A DNA stretch of 64,000 nucleotides. Source: an uncultured Candidatus Saccharibacteria bacterium (GTDB taxonomy: Bacteria; Patescibacteriota; Minisyncoccia; Phycocordibacterales; UBA918). The notes under the pieces are model-generated. The model saw nothing but the letters and a program-made list of their open reading frames with translations, was not told where the DNA came from and made no database searches. How positions within the stretch are numbered: position 1 is the stretch's first letter; each line of letters opens with the position of its first letter. A program made the translations under genes and the position numbers. Shown here one piece after another: positions 46,442 through 55,185 of this stretch. The stretch is taken from contig CAYGLK010000003.1 of NCBI GenBank assembly GCA_964350985.1, positions 21,811 through 85,810 on the forward strand, in the 5' to 3' direction.

Positions 46442-47896
46442 TTAATCTTTTATCTCTAAATCCAACGCTGAAGATATAGTTGATTCAGACAGTTTCGATC
46501 GACTTGCGAGCAAAACAACCAGGGCTGACTTGTTCGTATAAGCCGTCTCAAACTCTTCACGCTTTCCTGCATATTCCATTCTGACTTCAGCGATACCATC
46601 CTCTACTCGCACTTCAATCTTCACTCGACCGTCAGAATCATCAGGAGAATCTCCGCTATCGTCACTACTAGAATCCGAGTCGTCGTCAGAACCATTATTA
46701 GAATTAGAAGATAAATTATCACTATCGTCATCAGAATCTTTGGTTCGACTCGCTCGATCTTCAATCTCAAAATCAAGGACTCGGTCGACAGTTGCGCGAT
46801 CAACACTGAAGCGAGCAACGATTTCAGCTATTACCTCCTCTCGAGTGTCAGCGGTGGTTTCAAAGGTGGTCTTTCGGTCGTTGATTTCTACCTTTATAAT
46901 CGTGGTGTCAGAAAAGACGTCTGCTTCGGCTTCAAGGAAACTGCCGCTTGAAGAACGACTGTCATCGCTTGAATCATCGTCTTCACTACTTCTTGAGTCA
47001 TCGTCTTCGCGTACTCGCACCTCTACTTCACCGTCCTTCTCTTCAATGCGAATTCGAGTTTCGCCATCTCTAATTTCAATCCGGGAATCGCCATCATTGT
47101 CGTGCTGTACCTCTACTCGTGCCGAGCTACTATTAAACGAGCGCAGTAATTCTTCCACAAATCTAGATTGATCATCATCGCTCAGTGAGCCAGTCAATTC
47201 TTCAAACAATGTGACAGATGTACGCACGCGGTCGTCATCACTAGACACGCTAGTAGACAAATCCTTTACCCGGCTCGCTCGATCTTCAATCTCAAAATCA
47301 AGGACTCGGTCGACAGTTGCGCGATCAACACTGAAGCGAGCAACGATTTCAGCTATTACCTCCTCTCGAGTGTCAGCGGTGGTTTCAAAGGTGGTCTTTC
47401 GGTCGTTGATTTCTACCTTTATAATCGTGGTGTCAGAAAAGACGTCTGCTTCGGCTTCAAATTGGGTAATAATTACTTCATTTGCATTGTAGTCGTCACT
47501 TGAATTACTAGAATTGTCTTCCTCAAGTAGCGAACGGAGTTCTGCTAATCGTTCTTCTGCAAAAGTAATTTTTAAGCGTGCTTCCGCTTCGTCGCTTGTC
47601 GCGAGTGCAAGACGAACGTCTTCAATCGCTTGGTCAATTGGAAAAAGTAAGTCTCCTGGGCGAGCTGACTCTGACGCGACAGCGGTTCCGCCAACTCCCA
47701 GCATAAGTACGATAGCCGCAATGATTGGTGCCATAGGTTTTTTAAAATTAAAGTTTAATTGATATGGTGACGGAATCGGACTTGCTGTCACAGTTTCAGT
47801 TTTAATTCGCTCCCATAACTCGTTTTTTTGTGCCGTAGTGAGTGAAGCGGCTTTTTGGTCGAGGTGAGTCTCTAAGTTATTTTTTTTCATAGACAT
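46442..47896 (-). CDS. Putative anti-sigma factor / membrane protein with acidic tandem repeats
   Basis: Immediately downstream of ECF sigma gene; one TM helix; two identical about 63-aa repeats (EAEADVFSDTTIIKVEINDRKTTFETTADTREEVIAEIVARFSVDRATVDRVLDFEIEDRASR). Confidence 0.4.
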   Translation of the reverse strand: MSMKKNNLETHLDQKAASLTTAQKNELWERIKTETVTASPIPSPYQLNFNFKKPMAPIIAAIVLMLGVGGTAVASESARPGDLLFPIDQAIEDVRLALATSDEAEARLKITFAEERLAELRSLLEEDNSSNSSDDYNANEVIITQFEAEADVFSDTTIIKVEINDRKTTFETTADTREEVIAEIVARFSVDRATVDRVLDFEIEDRASRVKDLSTSVSSDDDRVRTSVTLFEELTGSLSDDDQSRFVEELLRSFNSSSARVEVQHDNDGDSRIEIRDGETRIRIEEKDGEVEVRVREDDDSRSSEDDDSSDDSRSSSGSFLEAEADVFSDTTIIKVEINDRKTTFETTADTREEVIAEIVARFSVDRATVDRVLDFEIEDRASRTKDSDDDSDNLSSNSNNGSDDDSDSSSDDSGDSPDDSDGRVKIEVRVEDGIAEVRMEYAGKREEFETAYTNKSALVVLLASRSKLSESTISSALDLEIKD

Positions 47897-47904
47897 ATTA
47901 CTAC

Positions 47905-48459
47905 TTATGAAGGAAGTTCAATTAAAGCTGATAATGTTTTGAGCGCACGATGGTGTCGCACACGGACAGCTGATTCGGTCATTTGAATAAGTGAAGCAAT
48001 TTCTTTGAAGGAGTACCGTGACCAGTGATGTAAGATAACAATTTCGCGAGTCTCGGATTCCAATTGTGCCAGAGCTCGCCTAATCTCATCCTGCGTCTCA
48101 CTATTTTCAGAGACAGCGGAAATGGTGTTTTCATCGAGCAACACTGTTTGCTCATCAAGACTTGTTTCCAAACGAGCGTACCACTTAGCTAATTTTCGTT
48201 TGGTGATCACAAAAACAAACGAATAAAACTGTGGGGCCGACTCATAGGTGAAACTTGGTAGCGCTTTGTACAAATCGACAAACACCTCTTGAGTGAGGTC
48301 AAGAGCGTCATCTTCTCGTGAAGTTCTGTACTTTACATAGTTGTACACCTTATCAACTAAGTGTTCATACAAAGCACGAAAAGCATCTGCCTCATTGGCG
48401 ACGGCCCGTAGTACAAGGTCTTTTATTTCCTGTTCTTGCTCCATATTTACTTCACTCAA
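47905..48459 (-). CDS. ECF-type RNA polymerase sigma-70 factor
   Basis: Region 2 (DLTQEVFVDLYKALPSF) and region 4 HTH (FKEIASLIQMTESAVRVRHHRALKTL). Confidence 0.75.
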   Translation of the reverse strand: MSEVNMEQEQEIKDLVLRAVANEADAFRALYEHLVDKVYNYVKYRTSREDDALDLTQEVFVDLYKALPSFTYESAPQFYSFVFVITKRKLAKWYARLETSLDEQTVLLDENTISAVSENSETQDEIRRALAQLESETREIVILHHWSRYSFKEIASLIQMTESAVRVRHHRALKTLSALIELPS

Positions 48460-48516
48460 TCATACTATGGATAGATTTGCCCGAAACGTTACATTTTTCA
48501 ATTCTTTATAAAAGTT

Positions 48517-48583
48517 GGAATGTAGACAATTTCATCCTGTAATTGCTCAAACACAGTTCGAACATCCTCTACGACGTCGCCCT
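48517..48583 (+). repeat. R1 repeat, short form (copy b)
   Basis: GGAATGTAGACAATTTCATCCTGTAATTGCTCAAACACAGTTCGAACATCCTCTACGACGTCGCCC. Confidence 0.8.
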
Positions 48584-48714
48584 AATGAGAATTGAACGTA
48601 TTGTACGTTGCTATTCCTAATGATTTCATTTCGAGCTGATGTGACCCCTAATGGGAATTCCGAACTCACCTAGCACAACATAGTGTTTTCAGGGGTGGGG
48701 TACTTTGCTATACT
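48584..48714 (+). promoter_or_regulatory. R2 promoter module with extended -10 (TGCTATACT) 8 nt upstream of the ATG (leaderless-type)
   Basis: Conserved about 110-bp block shared with 50905-51008; TGCTATACT at 48706-48714, ATG at 48723. Confidence 0.6.
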
Positions 48715-48722
48715 TTTCTAAT

Positions 48723-49397
48723 ATGCAAAAACATTACAAATTACTCACTCTCTTTTTAGTATTAAATATCACTTTTCAACTAATTTCTGATGCTACTGCA
48801 GGAAAGATTATAGATGTGATGGGTTATGCGGTTTCGGTTACCATACTTTACTTCCCTCTTGTATATGTAATCTCTGACGTAATTACAGAAGTTTATGGAT
48901 ATGCTCAAGCACGTCGAGTCTTGTGGCTAACCTTAATGAGTTCAGTTATTGCTGGGATTGTATATCAAATAGCAGTTGCAATTCCAGCAGCTTCATTCTT
49001 TGAAGCTCAATCAGCTTACGAAACGGTGTTCGGTATAGTCCCTCGCATTCTAGTTGGTGGGTGGCTTGCAGTCTTTGTTGGTGACATCATCAATAACTAC
49101 GTGCTGGCGAAAATGAAAATCAAGACGAACGGGAAACACCTCTGGCTTCGGACTATTACATCAACTGTGTTTGGCCAGTTTGGAAACACTGCAGTCTTCT
49201 ACGTTGTTGCACTTGGAGGAATCCTCCCTACAAACGTACTGGTAATGTCAATTCTTGCAGGATGGATATTGAAAGTTTTGGTAGAAATAGTTCTTACTCC
49301 AGTTACGTACGCAGTGATTAAATACGTCAAGCGTGTTGAAGGTGAAGATTATTACGATAGGGACACCGACTTCAACCCTTTAAAGTTGCGAAATTAG
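48723..49397 (+). CDS. YhhQ/Vut_1 (DUF165) family transporter (queuosine-precursor/vitamin uptake type)
   Basis: Six TM helices, YFPLVYVISDVITEVYGY and GQFGNT motifs; start set to ATG 48723 after the -10 box. Confidence 0.65.
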   Translation: MQKHYKLLTLFLVLNITFQLISDATAGKIIDVMGYAVSVTILYFPLVYVISDVITEVYGYAQARRVLWLTLMSSVIAGIVYQIAVAIPAASFFEAQSAYETVFGIVPRILVGGWLAVFVGDIINNYVLAKMKIKTNGKHLWLRTITSTVFGQFGNTAVFYVVALGGILPTNVLVMSILAGWILKVLVEIVLTPVTYAVIKYVKRVEGEDYYDRDTDFNPLKLRN

Positions 49398-49401
49398 AGC
49401 T

Positions 49402-49552
49402 GGAATATACAACGTCACATCATCCATTTCCTCAAACACAATTCGAACATTTCCTACTGAAACTGTTCAGGTTGTCGCTATTTCTAGCAAAATAGCTGGC
49501 AACCTCTTGCAGAATGGGTCCCAGCCCATTCCTCACTCTACGACGTAGCCCC
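49402..49552 (+). repeat. R1 repeat, long form (copy c) with about 75-nt central insertion containing a hairpin
   Basis: Left arm CTCAAACACAATTCGAACAT and right arm CCTCACTCTACGACGTAGCCCC separated by insert with stem gctattt/aaatagc. Confidence 0.7.
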
Positions 49553-49796
49553 AATAAGATTAATACGACTACAAAACATCCCAATTGCTTGTTGGCTTAA
49601 TTACTGTGCCCGACAACTTAAAAGCATGGCGCGACCGGCGATGCGTTTTTTGTTTTAACAGCCTTCTCGCCCTGGCTGCTCTGCGAGTAGCGCACCGATA
49701 TTGCCAAGCTCGCGAAAAAGCTTTAGTGATTTGATAACTTCTCATTACATGAGTAGACGTTTACCAAACTCAAATATTACATCAAGCATGCCTCTA

Positions 49797-50693
49797 CTAG
49801 ACTCCTATCTTCCAAACCCCTTTTTCGCGAAATGCTGGGATGCTTTGTCGAATAGCTTTATTGAGTGCATTTTGTGAAGTTTCATCTACATTCTTTGCAT
49901 ACTCAGTAACTCGTATAATTTCTAGCCCTTTTAGATACGCGAGTCGTTTATGCATGGATTCATACAAAGCCAAGAGCACGACCCTCTCCATATCATTTGG
50001 TTTTTCTGAAGCTCTATACGTTTTAAATGAATTATAATAAGTAGACTTCTCTTTGTCTCTAATTATTACCGGAGGGAAACCACTCTGCATAAGTTGAAGA
50101 TTTATCAAGACACGTCCAATTCTTCCGTTACCATCACAGAATGGGTGTAACGTTTCAAAATCAAGATGAAATTTAGCAATCTTATCGACAAGAAAAGTAT
50201 TTAGTGCTCCAGAATACTCAAGCAAAGTTTGTTCAATCATCTGTTCAACCTGTTCTGGAGCAGGGGCTACGTGTGTACCAACCCGTACATATTCCCCATT
50301 TTTTCTAAAACGCCCCGCAATTTCATCATCAATTGCTCCAAGAAGCATCTCGTGCAAAAATAAAATGAGATCTCGATCAACTTCAAGTGACTTAATTTTT
50401 TTAGTGATGTATTCAGTTACCCTAGCAAGGTTTTTTGCTTCGAACACTTCACGGACAGAGACATCTCTAGAAACCTCCATTTCCATAAGAATTTGTTCTG
50501 TCTCAGAAATAGTTAGCGTAGAATTCTCAATCGCGTTTGAATTATAGACAGATTCAGGAAGTTCAGCCTCAGACAAAAGGGCCAAAAGTGATTCTTTACC
50601 TTTTTTAAAAACATCAAACTCCTGTTTAAGTTTAATTAATTTATCCTTATTTTCATTGCTTGTCATAGTTAGATTATAGCATAATTCATGCAT
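49797..50693 (-). CDS. Fic-family protein (adenylyltransferase-type)
   Basis: HPFCDGNGRIGRVL = HPFx(D/E)GNGR Fic active-site motif. Confidence 0.85.
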   Translation of the reverse strand: MHELCYNLTMTSNENKDKLIKLKQEFDVFKKGKESLLALLSEAELPESVYNSNAIENSTLTISETEQILMEMEVSRDVSVREVFEAKNLARVTEYITKKIKSLEVDRDLILFLHEMLLGAIDDEIAGRFRKNGEYVRVGTHVAPAPEQVEQMIEQTLLEYSGALNTFLVDKIAKFHLDFETLHPFCDGNGRIGRVLINLQLMQSGFPPVIIRDKEKSTYYNSFKTYRASEKPNDMERVVLLALYESMHKRLAYLKGLEIIRVTEYAKNVDETSQNALNKAIRQSIPAFREKGVWKIGV

Positions 50694-50792
50694 TAAAGCA
50701 ATTTAAGCGTGAATATTAGTCTAAAATCGTATGAATTCACGTTTAAATAGAGTTTTACCAGTCCAGCGGAACCACTTTCTCCCCTATCACCC

Positions 50793-50873
50793 GAAACAAA
50801 CCCTTGCGTCGCTTAACCAAGCGAGACACAGCTCTTCCAATTGGTTCCACCCCATGGACAGACAGTACGTGCC
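50793..50873 (+). repeat. R3 repeat, copy 1
   Basis: gaaacaaaccc...ggttccaccc.a.ggacag.cagtacgtgc shared with 55888-55963. Confidence 0.6.
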
Positions 50874-50904
50874 CAAATGAGAATGGGACGTATTATACGT
50901 TTCA

Positions 50905-51008
50905 ATTCAACGCCTTTTGAGTTCGAGCCAAATTGACCCCTAACCGGAATTTCGAACTCATGCCTACACTAAAATAGTGTATTCAGAGGTGGGTAGTTTT
51001 GCTATACT
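50905..51008 (+). promoter_or_regulatory. R2 promoter module (extended -10 TGCTATACT at 51000-51008, ATG at 51017)
   Basis: Block homologous to 48584-48714. Confidence 0.6.
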
Positions 51009-51016
51009 TAATTTTC

Positions 51017-51610
51017 ATGAAAAAACTGCTTCTTATCGGACCTTGGCTTGCTGACTTTGGACACGGAATACTATTAACCATTCTGCTCCTTATACTTTTC
51101 GATGTTGAACCGAGCATCTTGTATTTTCTTCTAGGTATTATTTTTTCTATTCTCCCTGATCTGGATGGAATTACAGAATTTTTGCGTTACAAAAAAATAG
51201 ACGCCGGTGAGCACGGTGACCATCGGGACGGACTACATTACCCGCTCGCATGGATTGCTGTTGGCATTGTGTTTATACTCATCAAACCCTTTATAGGGAC
51301 ACTGTTCACACTTTGTGTTGTGGTGCATTTCATAAATGACAGCTGGGGTACTGGGTGGGGCATTGAATGGCTCTGGCCATTCAATCATCGTAGCTACAAG
51401 TTGTTCTCTCGCAACAATGTTGATGCTGATGTGACACTTTCTCAACTTGTTACATTATGGGACCCGCAAAGCAAGAACGACACAGCAAAGCGTCTAGGTA
51501 ATAGAAACTGGGTTGACGATATATATGGACATGTAACCAAAATATCTGTAGTGGAGTACGGCACATTTATACTCGCATTGTTTGCCTTAGCTATTTATCT
51601 TTCTCTATGA
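51017..51610 (+). CDS. Membrane protein, possibly YdjM/DUF457-like membrane-bound hydrolase
   Basis: 4-5 TM helices with conserved His/Asp positions (HGDHRDGLHYPLAW); start at ATG after the -10 box. Confidence 0.3.
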   Translation: MKKLLLIGPWLADFGHGILLTILLLILFDVEPSILYFLLGIIFSILPDLDGITEFLRYKKIDAGEHGDHRDGLHYPLAWIAVGIVFILIKPFIGTLFTLCVVVHFINDSWGTGWGIEWLWPFNHRSYKLFSRNNVDADVTLSQLVTLWDPQSKNDTAKRLGNRNWVDDIYGHVTKISVVEYGTFILALFALAIYLSL

Positions 51611-52455
51611 TGTGGGCACTTCTTGCAGTTATTGCTGCGTTCTTCAACTCATCCAAGAATGTACTGATGAAAAAGGTCAGCGGTCCTCTCGACCCGTATT
51701 CAGTAGGACTTGGCAGCCTCATTGTCACACTGCCTGTGCTGTGGGCGGCGGTTGCACTGTCTGGGGATTTCACAATTGAACCAGGATTTTGGCTACAGAT
51801 GGTACTGATGCTGCCATTTGAGCTTGCAGTTACCATACTTTGGTTTAAGGCCGTGAAAGACAGTGAACTATCGTCGGCCTTTCCTTTTATCTCCTTCATG
51901 CCGTTTTTTGTAGCAATAGGGTCGTTCTTTTTGCTTGATGAGAGTTTTGGGAACCTTCTCTTTGCTGGTCTAGCTCTGCTTTCTGTTGGCGGTTACATAT
52001 TGAATAAGGTCAACATGAAGTTAGATAGTTTTGTTTTTCGTGGTGCCTTATATATGTTTGCAGCATCTGCACTTTGGGGATATATCATACCGATGGGAAA
52101 AATAGCCGTGGAATACTCTACTGCACAATTATTTCCTGCAATTTATTTTACACTCGCGACTATCCTATTCACACCCGTTTATTTCTATAAGCGTGAGTAC
52201 AAATTCACTACCTTGTTTAATCATTGGCATATTTTTTTAGGCATTGGTCTACTTAACGGCTTGTACTTCATCTTCAATTGGGCAGCGTACGGGGCAGGTA
52301 ACGTAAGTGGCGTTGCAGCGTTGTCACAACTGGCTGTTCTGTTTACCGTTCTAATTGGGGGGGCCTATTTCAAAGAGAGGAAACTTCTCATAAAAATAGT
52401 TGCCTCACTGCTGATGCTCATTGGTGCTGTACTGATTATCTACACTGCTGGGTAA
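51607..52455 (+). CDS. EamA/DMT-superfamily transporter
   Basis: About 10 TM helices in two repeated halves; ATGA overlap with upstream gene. Confidence 0.45.
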   Translation: MMWALLAVIAAFFNSSKNVLMKKVSGPLDPYSVGLGSLIVTLPVLWAAVALSGDFTIEPGFWLQMVLMLPFELAVTILWFKAVKDSELSSAFPFISFMPFFVAIGSFFLLDESFGNLLFAGLALLSVGGYILNKVNMKLDSFVFRGALYMFAASALWGYIIPMGKIAVEYSTAQLFPAIYFTLATILFTPVYFYKREYKFTTLFNHWHIFLGIGLLNGLYFIFNWAAYGAGNVSGVAALSQLAVLFTVLIGGAYFKERKLLIKIVASLLMLIGAVLIIYTAG

Positions 52456-52478
52456 CAGGTTGATACTTTGGGAAAGTA

Positions 52479-52628
52479 GGAATAAAAACGGTTTCGTCCC
52501 CAAGTTTTTCAAACACAGTTCGAACTTCTCTTAACAGAGACTGTACACCTTGTCACCATTTTCTGCGGAAAATGCTAGGCAAGGTCTTGCGACAGTTTCC
52601 CAAACTATCTCACTCTACGACGTCGCCC
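52479..52628 (+). repeat. R1 repeat, long form (copy d) with central insertion containing hairpin cattttc/gaaaatg
   Basis: Arms CAAACACAGTTCGAAC and TCACTCTACGACGTCGCCC. Confidence 0.7.
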
Positions 52629-52780
52629 AGCAGAAAATATCTTCATTTTACGAAGATATACAACAACATTTCAGTTCTGATATTTTGTACCCCTAATGGA
52701 AATGAGGAACTTTGTAGTAACTACTTAGGAACTACTATGGTTATACCTAATAGACACGATCATTCAACAAGGACCAGAAG

Positions 52781-53425
52781 ATGCACATTAACATAAACTT
52801 CAACTCACTTCCCCAAAGCATCGTCTTTTGTCGTCATGCGGAATCAGTCGGTAACGCAAGAGGATTGGATGATAATTCCACTAGAGACATTGCCAATCAC
52901 GAATTCGGGCTATCTCCAGTGGGCTTTAACCAAGTGCCTCAAACTAGGGAGTTCCTTCGGTCTAGTTTTCCAGGTGGTTTTGCGGAATACTATGTCTCCT
53001 CATTTCTTCGTACCCAAATCACACTTAAGGGTCTGTTTGGAGAAACTAAAATCCCCTTCGAGGATCCGAGACTAGATGAGTGGTGGAAAGGTATATTTCA
53101 TAGTCTTTCAAAGGCGGAGATTGCTGAACACTACCCTGCTGAACATGCAGTCCTGGAAAGAGAAGGTTGGTATCACTACAGACCTCCTCAAGGGGAGGCT
53201 GGTAAGGATGTTGAAGTGAGGATACTTTCCTTTCTAAACTCACTGACTCCTGTAGAAAGCATATTTATCTGTGGTCACGGACGGTGGTTTAGTTATTTTG
53301 AGAGATTGTTGCTCCAACGTTCTCGTGAAGAAACCAGCCAAAAAGCACCCGACAACTGTGCCATAATCCAACTAACGAAAGGGGTAGGTGAATACAAGTC
53401 TGAAGTTTTGTTTACCCCGAAGTAA
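52781..53425 (+). CDS. Histidine phosphatase superfamily protein (PGAM/SixA/CobC-like branch)
   Basis: RHAESVGN (RHG-type catalytic His) near N-terminus and CGHGRW second His motif. Confidence 0.7.
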   Translation: MHININFNSLPQSIVFCRHAESVGNARGLDDNSTRDIANHEFGLSPVGFNQVPQTREFLRSSFPGGFAEYYVSSFLRTQITLKGLFGETKIPFEDPRLDEWWKGIFHSLSKAEIAEHYPAEHAVLEREGWYHYRPPQGEAGKDVEVRILSFLNSLTPVESIFICGHGRWFSYFERLLLQRSREETSQKAPDNCAIIQLTKGVGEYKSEVLFTPK

Positions 53426-53486
53426 CAGAGACCGACACAATGACCTCCTGCGCTACTGGGAGGTCATTTTAAATTATAATAAGGCT

Positions 53487-53553
53487 GGAATATATACCGT
53501 TTCATCACCCAACCTCTCAAACACAGTTCGAATATCCTCTACGACCTCGCCCA
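53487..53553 (+). repeat. R1 repeat, short form (copy e)
   Basis: GGAATATATACCGTTTCATCACCCAACCTCTCAAACACAGTTCGAATATCCTCTACGACCTCGCCC. Confidence 0.8.
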
Positions 53554-53634
53554 ATTTTTAGAGGTAGATTTTGTAAGGGTCTTCTGAGTACCCTACTGAG
53601 ACGTTCGAACTTGTTGCTCTGATATACTATATAT

Positions 53635-54324
53635 ATGGAGCAAATAATGAAAGTAATCTACAACCGTCCAAAATTAAAGAGCGCTATAATTATATCTGTT
53701 TACGTACTGCTGATGGTAATAGCTGCTGTCTTTTTTAATAAATTCGTTGACCAAGAGACACTACAGGAGTTCATTAATCAAAGTGGAGTTTGGGGTGTAT
53801 TTATATTTTTCCTAGTTGAGGTATTTTATGTAACTTTCACTCCCCTATTAAATACTTTTGTTCTAATTGCAGCTGGATATCTATTTGGTGGCTTTACTGG
53901 ATTTATTATAAATTTTTTGGCGACATCAACAGGATTGTTACTAATTGTTTTATTGGTAAAGAAATACGGTCGGCCCCTACTCCAAAAAGTCGTCCCTCCG
54001 AGATACTACGAACGCTTTGATGAAATTATACAAAAAATCGGACCGATGACGTTGTTGATAGTGTATGTATTACCACTTACTCCAGATGATGAACTAACTT
54101 ACATATTGGCCGCTGGACCAATTGGACTTAAAAGGTTTATCCTTCCCATAATACTGGGGACAATAGCCAAGTCCGCTTATAGCTACATTGGAGATCTGGG
54201 GGCTGAGGGTCTAACTATAGCTGTTTACTTCAGAATCGTACTTCTTATTTTAGGAATCTTGCTCGTTGGGTTGCAAGAATACTATATAAAAAGAAAGGGT
54301 CAGAACACTATTTTTGGTGCATGA
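53635..54324 (+). CDS. DedA/TVP38/TMEM64-family membrane protein
   Basis: TM layout and FTPLLNTFVLIAAGYLFG motif typical of DedA-SNARE-associated family. Confidence 0.65.
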   Translation: MEQIMKVIYNRPKLKSAIIISVYVLLMVIAAVFFNKFVDQETLQEFINQSGVWGVFIFFLVEVFYVTFTPLLNTFVLIAAGYLFGGFTGFIINFLATSTGLLLIVLLVKKYGRPLLQKVVPPRYYERFDEIIQKIGPMTLLIVYVLPLTPDDELTYILAAGPIGLKRFILPIILGTIAKSAYSYIGDLGAEGLTIAVYFRIVLLILGILLVGLQEYYIKRKGQNTIFGA

Positions 54325-54330
54325 AACACT

Positions 54331-54396
54331 GGAATAAATATAGTTTCATCCCCCAACTCGTCAAACACAGTTCGAACGTCCTCTACGACGGCGCCC
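54331..54396 (+). repeat. R1 repeat, short form (copy f)
   Basis: GGAATAAATATAGTTTCATCCCCCAACTCGTCAAACACAGTTCGAACGTCCTCTACGACGGCGCCC, followed by hairpin terminator gtcccttcggggac+T-run. Confidence 0.8.
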
Positions 54397-54429
54397 ACGG
54401 AAAGAAGTCCCTTCGGGGACTTTTTTCGT

Positions 54430-54586
54430 GGGCGGCTAAGGAAGTGCTATTGAAGCACTTCCGTCCGGGAATTGAAAAGCGCAGCGATGCCGTAGGCGAG
54501 CGAGCTGGGGTCGAAGGTACTTAGATTTTTATGAGCGCAGCGAAATAAAAAGCTTAGTAACCTGTGACCAATCCCGGTAGCCGCCC
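54430..54586 (+). repeat. 156/157-nt terminal repeat ending in 15-nt tRNA-His 3'-end copy, copy 2
   Basis: Near-identical to 46235-46390 apart from a hairpin whose two arms changed together. Confidence 0.8.
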
Positions 54587-54783
54587 TCGTAGTAAGAATC
54601 TCCTTCTGGGGATTTTTGCGTTTTGGGCGACTACAGCAAGTGTCATTTGCGTTGGGAATTGAACGCCGGCGAAACGATAAAGTATCGTATGGACACGAAG
54701 CATTTTTTATTGTATTGTTCTGTCAGTTTCTGAGCCATTCTGGCTCTTCGTTCCCAACCGATCATTGTCATAAAGGAATAACC

Positions 54784-55173
54784 ATGCCCTACGTCACTGT
54801 TGTATTTAACCCGGAGCAGATTTCCCAGGATGTTGTAGACAAGCTCAAGCCCATTCTTCAACATGAAGTGGCTCGAATCCTCAGCTCTGATGCTGTGAGT
54901 CTACATCCCGATGACATTAGCATCAGTCCTGAAGAGATTATGGTCACTCAGCACAACGCACATCCAACCGATGTGAACGTGCCCCCACTTGAGATCTACA
55001 TCCAAGCTGGTCGTCCGAAAGGGCGTTCTGAGTCCAGAATCGTTGAACTGCTTGGTGAAACGATTGCAGAAACTGGACTGATCCCTGACGAACATCTCGG
55101 CGAAGGCAAGTCAGGTATCTTCATCGTCTTTCACGAACACAACGGTTTTGGATTCATTCCAAAACGTCCCTAA
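54784..55173 (+). CDS. Hypothetical protein, possibly tautomerase-superfamily-like (Pro-1 after Met, two beta-alpha-beta halves)
   Basis: MPYVTVVF N-terminus and IYIQAGR second-half start; RBS AAAGGA upstream; weak. Confidence 0.3.
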   Translation: MPYVTVVFNPEQISQDVVDKLKPILQHEVARILSSDAVSLHPDDISISPEEIMVTQHNAHPTDVNVPPLEIYIQAGRPKGRSESRIVELLGETIAETGLIPDEHLGEGKSGIFIVFHEHNGFGFIPKRP

Positions 55174-55185
55174 CAAGGAGGCGAA

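Noticed and set aside
46740-47762. Three plus-strand ORFs (46740-47171, 47211-47492, 47514-47762) rich in Ser/Arg/Thr
   Set aside because: They lie antisense to the acidic repeat region of the minus-strand anti-sigma-like gene and mirror its repeat structure. Classic shadow ORFs.
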